From Acidobacteriota bacterium (GTDB taxonomy: Bacteria > Acidobacteriota > Thermoanaerobaculia > Multivoradales > JAGPDF01): 64,000 nucleotides of DNA. The translations under genes were made by a program, and so were the position numbers. A model generated the notes under the pieces. The model had not been told where the DNA came from, searched no databases, and was given only the letters and a program-made list of their open reading frames with translations. This document shows positions 1 through 10,349 of this stretch, in pieces (the first letter of the stretch is position 1; each line of letters starts with the position of its first letter). Location of the stretch: assembly GCA_045862895.1 (NCBI GenBank), contig BTUO01000005.1, positions 207,980-271,979 on the forward strand, written 5' to 3'.

Positions 1-109
1 AGCGGCGCTCGGCCGGCTCGCCGCCTCCACCAGGGGAGGCGGCGAGGTCGCTCCCGAGCCCCGGCGCTCCGGTCGCGCTAGGCTCCGTCCTCACCTCGAG
101 GAGCGGATC

Positions 110-739
110 ATGCGTGCAGCCAGGCTCGCCGTCGTGCTCGGACTCGTTCTCGCCGTCGATTCACCGGACGGCGCCGACGCCGCGACCCGGCGCATGCGCG
201 ACGTCGCGTTGCGCTGGTCGCCGACCGCCCAGCTCTCCGACCTCGCTTGGATCGACCTCGCCGGCGTCGGCGAACGGACCATCGAGCTGCGCCCGTTCGC
301 GGACCAGCGCGCGCGACGCGACCGGATCGGCGAGAACCGCGAGGACGACCCGGAGGTCTACCCCGTGGCGACCCCGGACGACGTCGCGCTCTGGGTCGGC
401 GAAGGCTTCACCCGGACCTTCGAGCGGGTCGGCTTGCGCCTGGTCGAGCGCGACGGCGACCTGGTCCTGCGCGGTGCCGTCCGGCATCTGCTGCTCACCG
501 AGCGCGGCGGCTACCAGGGCGAGGTCGCGATCCATGTCGTCGCCGAGACGCCGACGGGCGCCACCCTCTGGCAGGGGATCGTGCTCGGCGCCCGTTCCGG
601 CTACGGTCGCCTCGACCGCGACCGCGGTTACTCCGAGACCCTGTCGGACACCCTCCTCGACGCCGTCGTCAAGCTGCTCCAGAACTCGGAGTTCACGGAG
701 TTCCTCGCGGATCCGCGGCCGCGGACGGACGAAGAGTGA
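110..739 (+). CDS. Secreted hypothetical protein
   Basis: ORF with N-terminal hydrophobic signal-like segment (LAVVLGLVLAV), diverse non-GC-biased residues (EFTEFL), AGGAG 6 nt upstream of ATG; alternative-frame 114..800 ORF is R/S-rich artefact. Confidence 0.5.
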   Translation: MRAARLAVVLGLVLAVDSPDGADAATRRMRDVALRWSPTAQLSDLAWIDLAGVGERTIELRPFADQRARRDRIGENREDDPEVYPVATPDDVALWVGEGFTRTFERVGLRLVERDGDLVLRGAVRHLLLTERGGYQGEVAIHVVAETPTGATLWQGIVLGARSGYGRLDRDRGYSETLSDTLLDAVVKLLQNSEFTEFLADPRPRTDEE

Positions 740-796
740 CGGCGATTCCGATCATTCCGGCCGTCCCGGAGGTCCGACCGCGGATAGGCTAGCTCG

Positions 797-2782
797 ATGA
801 CTCGTCGACCGCTCCTCGCGCCGGCACTGGCCGGACTTCTCCTGCTCGCACTGGCCTGCTCGCCACGCCAGCCGCGGGTCCTGGTCCTCGGCTTCGACGG
901 TCTCGATCCCGAGACCGTCGACCTGCTGATCTCCGAAGGGCGGCTGCCGAACTTCGCGCGGATCCGGCGCGAAGGCGCTTACGGCCGGCTGAAGTCGTTC
1001 GAGCCGATGCTGTCGCCGATCCTGTGGACGACGATCGCCACCGGCCGCACCCCCGACGCCCACGGCATCGGCCACTTCGTGGCGCTCGACCCGACGACCG
1101 GCGAGTCGCTGCCGGTGACCAGCGACCTGCGCAAGGTCCGCGCGCTCTGGGAGATCCTCTCGGAGCGCGAGCGCTCGACCGCGGTCGTCGGCTGGTGGGC
1201 GACCTGGCCGCCCGAGAGCATCCGGGGCTGGATGGTCTCGGACCATCTCGCCTACCACTTCCTGTTCGGCGACGGCCTGGCGAGCGGCGACAAGAGCGTC
1301 AAGACCTCACCACCCGAGCTGGAGGCGCGGATCGCTCCACTCGTCGTCCGTCCGCAGGCGATCGGCACCGCCGAGCTGGCTCCTTTCGCCACGGTTCCGG
1401 CGGCCGAGCTCGAACGCCCGCTCGACCTGCAGGACGACCTCGCGCACCTGCGCTGGCTGCTGGCGACCGCCGAGACTCACCGGCGGATCGGGCTCGAGCT
1501 CTGGACCAAGGAGCGACCGGACACCGCGCTCGTCTACTTCGAGGGGACCGACTCGGTCGCGCACCTGTTCGGCCATCTGTTCCGTGCCGAGGGGCTCGCG
1601 GGCGAGCTCGCCGCGCAGCAGGCGCGCTACGGCGGTGCCGTCGAGGCGATGTACCGGCGGGCCGACGAGATCCTCGGCGATTTCCTCGACGCCGCGGGCG
1701 ACGAGACGACGGTCCTCGTCCTCTCCGACCACGGTTTCCAGCTCGGCGTCCTGCCCGACGATCCGAGCCGCCTGCGCGACATGAGGCGCGTCTCCGAGCG
1801 CTTCCACCGGCCGGAGGGGGTGCTCTACGCCTGGGGACACGGCGTCAAGACCGGCGCGCGCTTCGACGGCGCGACGCTGCTCGACGTTGCGCCGACCGTG
1901 CTCGCGCTCCACGGCCTCCCAGCGTCGCGCGAGATGCCGGGCCGGGTGCTCGCCGAGGGTTTCGTCCGCCTCTCGGCGCCGGAGCGCGTCGCCACCTTCG
2001 AAGCGACGCCGCGGGGTACCGTCAGCGCCGCGCGCGACGCCGCGGCCGACCAGGCCCTGCTCGAGCACCTCGAGAGCCTCGGCTACCTCGGCGGTCCGCG
2101 CCGCGAGGCCGCGACCCCCGCCGCCGGTTCCCTGCCCGCCGGCGTCAGCTCTCCGCAAGCCGAGCGCAACCTGGCCGCGATCGCCTTTCAGGAGCAGCGC
2201 TACGACGAGGCCGAACGGCGCTACCGCGCGCTGATCGCGGCCGACCCGGGCGACGCCGGCCTGCGCTCGAGCCTCGCCGGAGTGCTCGGCGCACTCGGCC
2301 GCTACGACGAGGCCATGCGCGAGCTCGACCAGGCGCTGGCGGTCGATCCGATCAACCCCGAGGGGTACCACAACAAGGGGGTCCTGCTCGAGCGCTCGAA
2401 CCGGACCGCGGAGGCGATCGAGCAGTACCGCACGGCCGTTCGCTACCGCCCCGACTTCGAGCCGTCGCGCCAGGCGCTCGCGCGCCTGACCGGCACCACC
2501 GACGTCCGCGCCCCGCGCGACGAGGCCGAGGCCCGCGCCACGGCGTTGTGCGAAGCGGCCGCCGACGCCGCCCGCCGCGGCGACTACCCCGCGGCGTTCG
2601 TACGCCTCGAGGAAGCCAAGCGCGCCGCCCCCGGCTACGTCCTCCCCCACCAGTACGAATCGAACGTCGCCTACCTCGCCGGCGACGTGGCGCGCGCGAT
2701 CGCCGCCCTCGAGCGCGCCCTCGAGATCGAGCCGGGCAACGCGCTGTTCCAGCACAACCTCGAACAGCTGAAGAAGCGCTGA
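797..2782 (+). CDS. Alkaline-phosphatase-core superfamily protein (type I phosphodiesterase/nucleotide pyrophosphatase-like) with C-terminal TPR repeats; lipoprotein signal (LALACS)
   Basis: N-terminal LVLGFDGLD...ILWTTIATGRTPDAHGI metal-site motif typical of AlkP/PglZ/sulfatase-core enzymes; C-terminal third is TPR-like (AIAFQEQRYDEAERRYRALIAADP...); lipobox. Confidence 0.7.
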   Translation: MTRRPLLAPALAGLLLLALACSPRQPRVLVLGFDGLDPETVDLLISEGRLPNFARIRREGAYGRLKSFEPMLSPILWTTIATGRTPDAHGIGHFVALDPTTGESLPVTSDLRKVRALWEILSERERSTAVVGWWATWPPESIRGWMVSDHLAYHFLFGDGLASGDKSVKTSPPELEARIAPLVVRPQAIGTAELAPFATVPAAELERPLDLQDDLAHLRWLLATAETHRRIGLELWTKERPDTALVYFEGTDSVAHLFGHLFRAEGLAGELAAQQARYGGAVEAMYRRADEILGDFLDAAGDETTVLVLSDHGFQLGVLPDDPSRLRDMRRVSERFHRPEGVLYAWGHGVKTGARFDGATLLDVAPTVLALHGLPASREMPGRVLAEGFVRLSAPERVATFEATPRGTVSAARDAAADQALLEHLESLGYLGGPRREAATPAAGSLPAGVSSPQAERNLAAIAFQEQRYDEAERRYRALIAADPGDAGLRSSLAGVLGALGRYDEAMRELDQALAVDPINPEGYHNKGVLLERSNRTAEAIEQYRTAVRYRPDFEPSRQALARLTGTTDVRAPRDEAEARATALCEAAADAARRGDYPAAFVRLEEAKRAAPGYVLPHQYESNVAYLAGDVARAIAALERALEIEPGNALFQHNLEQLKKR

Positions 2783-2783
2783 A

Positions 2784-4619
2784 ATGAAGGGTCCGCGGCG
2801 CACCGACCGGCCGCTCGCGTTCGGTCTTGCTCTCGGAGCGTTCGTGCTCTACGCGATCGGAGCCTGTCCGACGATCTACGTCGGCGATTCGGGCGAGCTG
2901 GTGGCGGCGGTGCACACGCTCGGCATTCCACACCCGTCGGGCTATCCGCTCTACGTCCTGCTCGGCAAGCTCTGGACGGTGTTGCTGCCGCTCGGCTCGG
3001 TCGCGTATCGGATGAGCCTCTTCTCCGCGGTCTGCGCGGCCGCGGCGGTGGCGCTGCTCTTCCTGGCGGCTCGCGCGCTCGGCGTGGCGCGCAGCGCGGC
3101 GGTCGCGGCGGGCGTGCTGTTCGCGGCCAGCCCGAGCTTCTGGGCCGAGGCCAACGTCCAACGCGTCTACGCCCTCAACGCGCTGTTCGTCGCGCTCGCG
3201 ACCCTGCTCGCGACGCGCTGGTGGGTGGCTGCGGGGGTCCGAGAGTCGGAAGCCGATAACGGAAACCTTCGAAGAAGGGACCGGATCTTCGTCGCCATCG
3301 CCCTGGTCTGCGGCGTGGGCGCTGCGAACCACACCTTCCTGGCGGTCTGGGGACTGGCCTTCGCGCTCTTCGCCGCCTTCTCCGAACCGGCCCTGCTGCG
3401 CAGATGGAAGACGATCCTCGGCGCCGCGGGTGCCGCGTTGGCGGGTCTTTCCCTCTATGGGTTTCTGTTCGTTCGCTCCCGCCAGGAGCCACGCCTCGAC
3501 TGGGGGAACCCGGAGACGCCCGGCGCGCTCTGGGCGGTCGTGACCCGCCGCGATTTCTGGCCGCGCCGGTGGATCGCCGGGCCGGCCGACCTGGTGCCGA
3601 TCGCCCGCGACTTCTTCTCGAGCTTCGCCGCCGAGCTGACCTGGGCGGGCGCGGCGCTCGCGCTGATCGGTCTCGTCGCCGGTTTCCGGCGCCGCCGCTT
3701 CGTCGCGCTGCTCGCCCTGGTCGCGCTCGCCAACGTCGCGGTGATGGCCTCGCACGGCTCGCGCTCCGACCTGTTCCTCTGGCACCGCTACTACATCCCG
3801 GCCTACCTCTCGGCGGCGCTGCTGGCGGCGCTCGGACTCGATCTCGCGCTCGGCTGGTTGCGCGCCCGCTCGGCCCCCGGCGCGCGGCTGACCGCGGTGG
3901 TGGCGGTCGCCGCCGCGGTCGCGCTGGTTCCGATCCGATTCCGCGACTTCGATCGCTCGCGCTACCGGATCGCCGAGGACTACAGCCGCAAACTGCTGGC
4001 GTCACTGCCCCCCGGCGCGCACCTCGCCGCGAGCGACGACAACATCCTGTTCGTGCTGATCTACCTCCAACTGGTCGAAGGGGTGCGACCGGACGTCGAT
4101 CTCATCCTGCAGGGGGTCGGCGGCGAGCTGCCGCCGCTGCGCTTCGATCCCGATCGAGAGGCGCTGTTCTTCACCCACCACCCGAACTGGCGCGTCGCCG
4201 AGCTCGAGATCGTGCCGGTCGGGCTCGCCTATCGCGTCGCGCGCGCGGGGTCGCCGATCGAGCCGCGGGTCGGACCCGAGCTCGCCGAGCTCGCGGGCGA
4301 GAACGACTCGCGGGTGCCGAAGGACTACCTGACCCGCAACCTGATCGGCGAGTTCCACTTCATGCTCGGCGTCACCTGGGAGACGCGCGACCCGGAGCGC
4401 GCGCTCGCCGAGCTCGAGCGCGCGGCACGCGCGGCGTACGACAACGACGTTCTCTTCTACAACCTGGGACTGGTCTACGAACGGATGCAGCTCCCGGACA
4501 AGGCGCTCGCCGCGTTCGAGCGCTCCGACGAGATCAATCCGCGCGAGATCCCCGGACCCTCGAAGGCGCGCGCCGCCGACCGCATCGAGCTGCTCCGGCG
4601 CCGGCTCGCCATCGACTGA
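2784..4619 (+). CDS. DUF2723 (TMEM260-like) GT-C-fold membrane glycosyltransferase-like protein with C-terminal TPR
   Basis: N-terminus CPTIYVGDSGELVAAVHTLGIPHPSGYPLY is the DUF2723/PMT-like signature, about 10 TM helices, TPR tail; start 2 nt after upstream stop. Confidence 0.7.
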   Translation: MKGPRRTDRPLAFGLALGAFVLYAIGACPTIYVGDSGELVAAVHTLGIPHPSGYPLYVLLGKLWTVLLPLGSVAYRMSLFSAVCAAAAVALLFLAARALGVARSAAVAAGVLFAASPSFWAEANVQRVYALNALFVALATLLATRWWVAAGVRESEADNGNLRRRDRIFVAIALVCGVGAANHTFLAVWGLAFALFAAFSEPALLRRWKTILGAAGAALAGLSLYGFLFVRSRQEPRLDWGNPETPGALWAVVTRRDFWPRRWIAGPADLVPIARDFFSSFAAELTWAGAALALIGLVAGFRRRRFVALLALVALANVAVMASHGSRSDLFLWHRYYIPAYLSAALLAALGLDLALGWLRARSAPGARLTAVVAVAAAVALVPIRFRDFDRSRYRIAEDYSRKLLASLPPGAHLAASDDNILFVLIYLQLVEGVRPDVDLILQGVGGELPPLRFDPDREALFFTHHPNWRVAELEIVPVGLAYRVARAGSPIEPRVGPELAELAGENDSRVPKDYLTRNLIGEFHFMLGVTWETRDPERALAELERAARAAYDNDVLFYNLGLVYERMQLPDKALAAFERSDEINPREIPGPSKARAADRIELLRRRLAID

Positions 4620-5816
4620 TCAGAAGCGCGACGAAGCGCCGCCGCCGCCGAACTCGCCGCCTTCGCCCTCGAAGGCCGGGGGCTCCTCGGCCGGACGCGG
4701 CGCCGGCGCCAGCGCGGCGAGCGTCGCCGCCAGCTCGAGCCAACTCGCGTCCGAGCTCGCCCCGAGCAGCTCCCGGTCGGTGAAGCCGGACCAGGTCCGG
4801 TCCGGCCCTGCCGCGAAGCCGCGCCGCAGCGCCCAGGTCGCGGCCGCCAGCAGCGCGCCGGCGGCGAGCACCACCGCCCAGGCCGGCTCGAGGTCGAGGG
4901 CATCGACCAGCGTGGCGCCGGCGGCGAGCACCCCGAGCGCGCCGAGGGCGAGCTCCAGACGGTCCCGCCGCGCGATGCCGGAGACGAGCAGGAGCACGGG
5001 CAACGCCAGGACGACCAGCCAGCCGAACGCCGTCGCCAGCTCTTCGAAGCCGGGGAACAGGTCGAACCATCCACCGAAATCGCTGAGTCCGTGGGTGGCG
5101 ACCTGCGAAGGGTGGGCGGCGAACCAGAGCGTCACCAGAGCAACGACGTAGACCTCGACCGCGCGGCGCCGGTGAGCCACCGGACGTCGTGCGTCGCCGC
5201 GCCAGTGCCGGGCCGCGATCGCCAGTACCATCGCCGCGACGACCCAGCCGAGGCGCGCGGCGGGCAGCGCACCCAGCGCCAGCAGCAACCCGCCGGTCGC
5301 CGCCAGTCCGCTGCCTGCGATTCCCCAGCGCCGCGCCGCGGTCGCGGCGACGAACGCGACCCCGGCGCCGACGACGAAGGCGGTGCCGCGCCCGGGCAGA
5401 TTGGCGTCGTCGACCAGGAGCACGAGCGCGGCGACGCCGAAGCCGAGCGCGAGCGCGGCCAGCCCCTCCTCGACGCCGAATCCGCGCAGCCGCTGCGGCC
5501 CGAGCGCGAGTGCCGCCCCCCAGCCCGCGCCGACGGCGAGGATCGCCAGCCAGATCGCATGCGGGACCGAGTCGAAGGCGCCGTGGAATCCGATCGAGAG
5601 GAAGCTCGCCCCGAAGCCCCACGCGGCGACTCCGGCGACCAGGGTGAAGAAGAAGAAGAGCAGGCGGAAGGCGAGCCGCGCGCGGCGCCGGTCGTCGGGA
5701 AATCGAGCGCGCAGCGCTTCGGCCGTCGCGGCGTCGATGGCGCCGCCCGCGCGCCAGGCTTCGATCGCGCGGCGAACCTGGTGCCGCTCGTCGGCGGCGA
5801 CGAGCTCGGGCCTCAC
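4620..5816 (-). CDS. Polytopic membrane protein (DUF4401-like by synteny), GTG start overlapping upstream stop (GTGA)
   Basis: C-terminal 398 codons of the 745-aa ORF are a plausible multi-TM protein (LLFFFFTLVAGVAAWGFGASFL...); GTG at 5816..5814 overlaps TGA of the 5813..6796 gene; the N-terminal 347 codons are R/A/G-rich junk. Confidence 0.5.
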   Translation of the reverse strand: MRPELVAADERHQVRRAIEAWRAGGAIDAATAEALRARFPDDRRRARLAFRLLFFFFTLVAGVAAWGFGASFLSIGFHGAFDSVPHAIWLAILAVGAGWGAALALGPQRLRGFGVEEGLAALALGFGVAALVLLVDDANLPGRGTAFVVGAGVAFVAATAARRWGIAGSGLAATGGLLLALGALPAARLGWVVAAMVLAIAARHWRGDARRPVAHRRRAVEVYVVALVTLWFAAHPSQVATHGLSDFGGWFDLFPGFEELATAFGWLVVLALPVLLLVSGIARRDRLELALGALGVLAAGATLVDALDLEPAWAVVLAAGALLAAATWALRRGFAAGPDRTWSGFTDRELLGASSDASWLELAATLAALAPAPRPAEEPPAFEGEGGEFGGGGASSRF

Positions 5817-6796
5817 CTGGGCTCCGTCCGCTGGAAGTGGCGGTGGACGAGGACGAGCAGCACGATGGCGCCGATCGCGGAGGCGAGGAACCAGAAGCAG
5901 CCGAAGTACATCGCGCCGGGAACCTCGAACAGGAAGCGCGTCACCGGCACGTAGACGGCGAGGGCGCCGAGCGCGAGCAGTCCTCGACGCCGCCGGCGGA
6001 ACGCCCAGACCGCGGTGACCAGGCCGAGCGCGCCGAGCGCCAGCGCCCAGAGCGGCCAGGCGCCGCTCTCGCCCAACCCGGTCATCAGGCCAAGCGCGGC
6101 GGCGACGAAGGCGAGCAGCGTCGTCGCCGGCTCGAAATGGCGCTTGCGGTCGAGACGCTCCGCTGCACGGGCGAGGACCAGGAAGAGCGCGCCGCAGATC
6201 AGGAACTCGACGCGGAAGCGATCCTCGCGGCCGAAGAGGGTCCGTTCGAGCTGCCCCGCCGCCGTCGGCATCAGCGCGACGCCGCGCCAGGCCGCGAAGG
6301 TCGCCAGCGCCAGCGTCCAGGTCGGGATCGAGTCGAAGCGGATCGCGAGCGCGCCGGTGATCAGGCTCATCATGAGCAGGTGCCAGGCCCAGCCCGGTCC
6401 GAGCGCGGCGAACTGGGTCTCGATCCAGGCGAGCTCCGCTCCCACCAGGCCGACCGCGAGCAGCGCCAGCCCGTCGATCGTCCAGTCGCGCCCCTCGGAG
6501 CGCGCCCAGGTGAAAGGCGGGGACCGCCGCACCAGCAGCACCAGCGTGGCGGTCGCCGCGAGGCCGAGCAGCACGGCGATCGCCAGTGGGCCGAGCCGCT
6601 CGCGCCAGGCGACGATCCACATCCCGACTCCGGCGGTGAGCGCGGTGACGGCCAGCCCGAGCAGCGCGCGCAGCTCGCCGCGCACCGAGACGACGTCGCC
6701 GCGCGCCACCGCGAGCAACGGCGCCGCCTGCTCGGGCGTGAGCAGCCCCTCCGCTACCATCGCCGGCAGCGCTCGTGCGACCTCGCGAGAACGCAT
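5813..6796 (-). CDS. Polytopic membrane protein, DUF2157-like
   Basis: Soluble N-terminal segment (MVAEGLLTPEQAAPLLAVARGD) followed by about 8 TM helices; real protein is in a different frame from the R-rich 745-aa ORF covering the same DNA. Confidence 0.55.
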   Translation of the reverse strand: MRSREVARALPAMVAEGLLTPEQAAPLLAVARGDVVSVRGELRALLGLAVTALTAGVGMWIVAWRERLGPLAIAVLLGLAATATLVLLVRRSPPFTWARSEGRDWTIDGLALLAVGLVGAELAWIETQFAALGPGWAWHLLMMSLITGALAIRFDSIPTWTLALATFAAWRGVALMPTAAGQLERTLFGREDRFRVEFLICGALFLVLARAAERLDRKRHFEPATTLLAFVAAALGLMTGLGESGAWPLWALALGALGLVTAVWAFRRRRRGLLALGALAVYVPVTRFLFEVPGAMYFGCFWFLASAIGAIVLLVLVHRHFQRTEPR

Positions 6797-6932
6797 GGTC
6801 GGCGGATTCTAGGCGAACCCGCCTCCAACTCGCCGGCGACAGACGAAAACGACACACGGAAGGGAAAGCGATCGCAGCGGGTTTCCCTCCTGCGAGTCCC
6901 TCCCAGACGTCCGTTCGTTGTGTTACTGGGTC

Positions 6933-7313
6933 CTACGCCGGCTCGTCTTCGCGCAGCTCGTCGGCGCTCCTGTCGACGATGACCGAAGGCGTCGATTCGA
7001 GACTACGAAGGATCTCCAGGGCCTCCTCCGCCGAGTCCCGTGGAACGCAGACACGGCTGCGCGTCGAGAAGCCCAGGGCCGGATCGGTTCCGCCGCAATC
7101 GTCCGAGAAGCGAGTGGCCGCCAAGCCGCACGAGCTCAACAACGACACCGCGAGGTCCGCCTCGTGCTCGGCGTGGAACGTGGCGACCGCGACGAGGTCC
7201 GAGGGGAGGTCCATGGCTTGCTCCCGCAGTACCGTTTCCGTAGGCACCCTATCGGGTACCTGCGCGTTTCCGTCGTCGGGCTCGAGCGTCGAGCCGCCCC
7301 GCTGATCGTACAC
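6933..7313 (-). CDS. DUF2007 domain protein (putative signal-transducing protein)
   Basis: LVAVATFHAEHEADLAVSLLSSCGLAA matches the DUF2007 core; small acidic protein. Confidence 0.55.
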   Translation of the reverse strand: MYDQRGGSTLEPDDGNAQVPDRVPTETVLREQAMDLPSDLVAVATFHAEHEADLAVSLLSSCGLAATRFSDDCGGTDPALGFSTRSRVCVPRDSAEEALEILRSLESTPSVIVDRSADELREDEPA

Positions 7314-7443
7314 GCCCCGGACGCGCGAGCGGGCATCGAGCCCGCCGCCCCGGGAGACGACTCGCCGCGGGGCTCGCCGCCATCGAAGCCGCGCCGGAAG
7401 AGGTGCTCCGTCGCGGCGGCGCCTCCTGCCCGTTGGTGGAAGG

Positions 7444-7995
7444 CTAGCGGGACATGCCTCGAACCGGCAGCGTCAGGTGCCCGTCGAGCGTGCCGTCTCC
7501 GGTCCGCGTCACGGCGATGATGTGCGCCTGCTCGGTCGTCTTCTGCCAGCGGACGGTGCCTTCCTGGACGAAGCCTTCGAAGTAGACGACGTGCATGGGT
7601 GGCTCGGCTCCGCCGACCTCGAGGTGGAGGTGGGGATCGCCGGGCGGCGTGCCGTAGACGCCGGGCAGGATCGTCCGCACCGTGAAGCGACCATCGGCGT
7701 CGGAGGTGACGTCGGCGCTCAGGCGCGCCGTCCGCTCGTCGGCCGGGTCCTTCGCCTGGTACTCGCCGGTGGTGTCGGCCTGGAAGATACGGAAACGATG
7801 ACGCGGGATCGGCGTGCGATCCTCCGCCCGGATCAGCACGCCGGTCACGACCAACTTCTGGCCCGGCTCGTCCGGTGGGGCCAACTGCACGTCCGCCGAC
7901 CGCGACGTGCCCTCGGCGGGCGCCGTGGCCGAGGGTACGGCCGGTGACCGTGAACAGCCGAGGAGCAGGAGCAGCAACCAGGTACGCCATCGCAC
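7444..7995 (-). CDS. Intradiol ring-cleavage dioxygenase-like (protocatechuate dioxygenase-like) lipoprotein
   Basis: RFRIFQADTTGEY...TDADGRFTVRTILPGVY...PHLHLEV matches the Dioxygenase_C core; GTG at 7995 gives lipoprotein signal VRWRTWLLLLLLGCS; the longer 306-aa ORF N-terminus is R-rich and unlikely. Confidence 0.5.
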   Translation of the reverse strand: MRWRTWLLLLLLGCSRSPAVPSATAPAEGTSRSADVQLAPPDEPGQKLVVTGVLIRAEDRTPIPRHRFRIFQADTTGEYQAKDPADERTARLSADVTSDADGRFTVRTILPGVYGTPPGDPHLHLEVGGAEPPMHVVYFEGFVQEGTVRWQKTTEQAHIIAVTRTGDGTLDGHLTLPVRGMSR

Positions 7996-8081
7996 GGACG
8001 CGATTGTAGCCGCCTCGATGCCGGAATCAGCTCGCCGCGCGGGCGCGAGCAACGACCAGCCGCCGAAGTCGGCCATTCCGG

Positions 8082-9728
8082 TCAGTCGGGATTGGCGAGC
8101 TCGAAGCGCAGCAGCCGGAGCCCGGGGCGATCGGCGAGCAGCGTCTCGATCCGGTCGAGCGCCTCGACGGATCCGGACTCGGTCCCCGACGACACCAGTC
8201 CGCCGACACCGCGGACCCCCTCCGCCGCGAGCGGCCCCAGCGCCACGAACCGGCCCGCGGCGGCCGGCTCGATCGCGCCCAGCCTCGCCTCGAGCTCCGG
8301 ATTCGGCACTCGCGACGCGATCACCAGGAACCGCTCGGTGCCGCCGGCGCTCGTCACCTGCCAATCCTGGTCCGCGCCGAGCCGGGACCCGGGCAGGACG
8401 CGAGCCGCGCCCGGCTCGACCGGGTTGCCCTGATCGAGGCCGGAGAGCGGAAAGAGGAGATAGAGCTCGCCGTGCTCGTCCTCGTTGAGGACGTAGAGAT
8501 GGAGCGGCTCCTCGATCGCGACCTCGAGGCGGAGCCGGTCGCCCGGTCGCACGGCGGCGCCGTCGCCGAGGCGTTCGATGTCGTCACCCCGGCGGCGCAG
8601 CAGCACGGCGTCGATCCGCGGCGGCTCCGGCACGACGGCCACGCTCGTCGGGGCGAGCGTCGCAGTCGGCGGACGAGCCACCACTCCGCCCTGCCGCGCG
8701 ATCCAGAACGCGAGAGCGGCGGCGATCAGGATCGCCGCGGCAGCCACCGCGACCGTACGGCCCCGGCGCGGCGGTCCGGCGAGGGTCGCGGCGAGCGCCT
8801 CCGCCATCTCCCCCGCCGAGGCGAACCGTGCCGACGGTTCGCGCTCGAGCGCGCGCTCGACCAGGTGCAGGATCTGGGGTGACAGGTCCGGTCGCAGGTC
8901 GAACAGTCGCCGCCCCCGGCTGCCGCCCTCGCTGGATCTTGGATACTCGCCGCCCAGCAGTCGGTGGAGCAGCGCTCCGAGCGCGTAGAGGTCCGAAGCC
9001 GGAGACGGCGCGGCGCCGGCCAGCACTTCCGGAGCGAGCACGGCCGGCGTGCCGGTGAGCACCCTCACCGGCTCGCCGGCGCGCGCGGCCGGCGCAGCCG
9101 AGCCGAAGTCGGCCAGCACGATCCGCCCGCCGCGCTCGCGCAGCACGTTGGCGGCCTTGAGGTCGCCGTGCACGAGACCGGCGCCGTGGACCGCCGCCAG
9201 CGCGCGGCAGAGGTCGAGTCCGATCGCCGCCGCCTCCGACGGCGAGAGCCGGCCCTCGCGCTCGAGTCGCTGCTCGAGCGACTCGCCTTCGACGAGGTCG
9301 GTCCACAGCCCGACGCGACCGTCGTGGATCGCCGCGCCGTGGACGACCACGACGTTGGGATGCCGGACCTGCGCCAGCCGCTTGGCCTCGGCGAGCAGCT
9401 GCTGGGGCCTCGCTCCCTCGCCGCGCCGCAGCTTGAGCGCCACCTCACGATCGAGCCCGGGCTCCCAGGCGCGATAGACCTCGCCGAAGCTGCCCTGCCC
9501 GAGCCGATCGTGGACCTCGAACGGACCCCAATGGAACAGCGGCTCGGGACGCGTCGACGCCCCGCCCTCCTGGACCGTGCCGAAGGCGCGGGCGATCCCG
9601 GCGATCTCCTCGAGCCGCTCGAGCGCCGGGGACCGATCGGCGCCGGCGACGTCGTCGGGCGGACGCAGCCCGCTCGCCACGCGCTCGGCGGCGGCGAGCA
9701 CCCGCGGGTCCGGCGCGTGCCCGGTCAC
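8082..9728 (-). CDS. Ser/Thr protein kinase with C-terminal extracytoplasmic domain, translationally coupled to ECF sigma factor
   Basis: Hanks kinase motifs (GQGSFGEVY, VALK, HGDLKAANVL, DFG, APE); one TM; ATG overlaps sigma-factor stop by 4 nt. Confidence 0.85.
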   Translation of the reverse strand: MTGHAPDPRVLAAAERVASGLRPPDDVAGADRSPALERLEEIAGIARAFGTVQEGGASTRPEPLFHWGPFEVHDRLGQGSFGEVYRAWEPGLDREVALKLRRGEGARPQQLLAEAKRLAQVRHPNVVVVHGAAIHDGRVGLWTDLVEGESLEQRLEREGRLSPSEAAAIGLDLCRALAAVHGAGLVHGDLKAANVLRERGGRIVLADFGSAAPAARAGEPVRVLTGTPAVLAPEVLAGAAPSPASDLYALGALLHRLLGGEYPRSSEGGSRGRRLFDLRPDLSPQILHLVERALEREPSARFASAGEMAEALAATLAGPPRRGRTVAVAAAAILIAAALAFWIARQGGVVARPPTATLAPTSVAVVPEPPRIDAVLLRRRGDDIERLGDGAAVRPGDRLRLEVAIEEPLHLYVLNEDEHGELYLLFPLSGLDQGNPVEPGAARVLPGSRLGADQDWQVTSAGGTERFLVIASRVPNPELEARLGAIEPAAAGRFVALGPLAAEGVRGVGGLVSSGTESGSVEALDRIETLLADRPGLRLLRFELANPD

Positions 9729-10306
9729 GCCCCCCCCTCGCGCCCGCCCATCGCCTCGGCCAGCCGCGCCAGGGCGCGCGCCGCGCGCATCCGAGCGGCG
9801 TTGGCCGACGGCGCGCCGAGCGCCTCGGCGAGCTCGGCGTGCCGGTATCCGAATTCGACGTTCAGGATCACCGCCTCCTGCTCCTCTCGCGTCAGCGTCG
9901 CGAGCGCCCGCTCGTACCGTTCGAGCAGCTCCGAGCCGATCGCCGCCTCGACCGGCGACCGCTCGCCGCTCTCGAGCTCCGGGTCGAGCTCGACCGCCGC
10001 CGGCCGCCGCGCCGTGCGCCGGATCTCGTCGCGCACGCCGTTGACCAGTGCCTGCCGAAGGTAGGCGAGGAACGCGCCCTCGCGCTCGACCTCGAGCCGG
10101 CCCAGTTGATTCAACGCACGGAGCAGGGTGACCTGCACGAGGTCGTCGGTGTCGGCGTTGCCGCGCGCCCAGGCCGGCAGCCTCCCCCGCCCCCAGCGAC
10201 GCAGGACCGGCAGGTAGCGGGCGAAGAGCAAATCGCGCGCGGCGTCGTCGCCGCGGCGGAGGCGCAGGATCAGCTCCTGGGTCGACTCGGACCGGGGATC
10301 GGACAT
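9725..10306 (-). CDS. ECF (sigma-70 family) RNA polymerase sigma factor
   Basis: Region 2 (DLVQVTLLRALNQL) and region 4 (EQEAVILNVEFGYRHAELAEALG) signatures; about 193 aa. Confidence 0.85.
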   Translation of the reverse strand: MSDPRSESTQELILRLRRGDDAARDLLFARYLPVLRRWGRGRLPAWARGNADTDDLVQVTLLRALNQLGRLEVEREGAFLAYLRQALVNGVRDEIRRTARRPAAVELDPELESGERSPVEAAIGSELLERYERALATLTREEQEAVILNVEFGYRHAELAEALGAPSANAARMRAARALARLAEAMGGREGGA

Positions 10307-10349
10307 CGGCGTCGCGAAGGCGAGCCCGATCCTACCCGGCCCCGACGCA

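Noticed and set aside
114-800. 228-aa ORF overlapping the 110..739 gene in another frame
   Set aside because: Ser/Arg/Pro/Thr-rich low-complexity translation. The 110..739 frame has a signal peptide, balanced composition and an AGGAG RBS.
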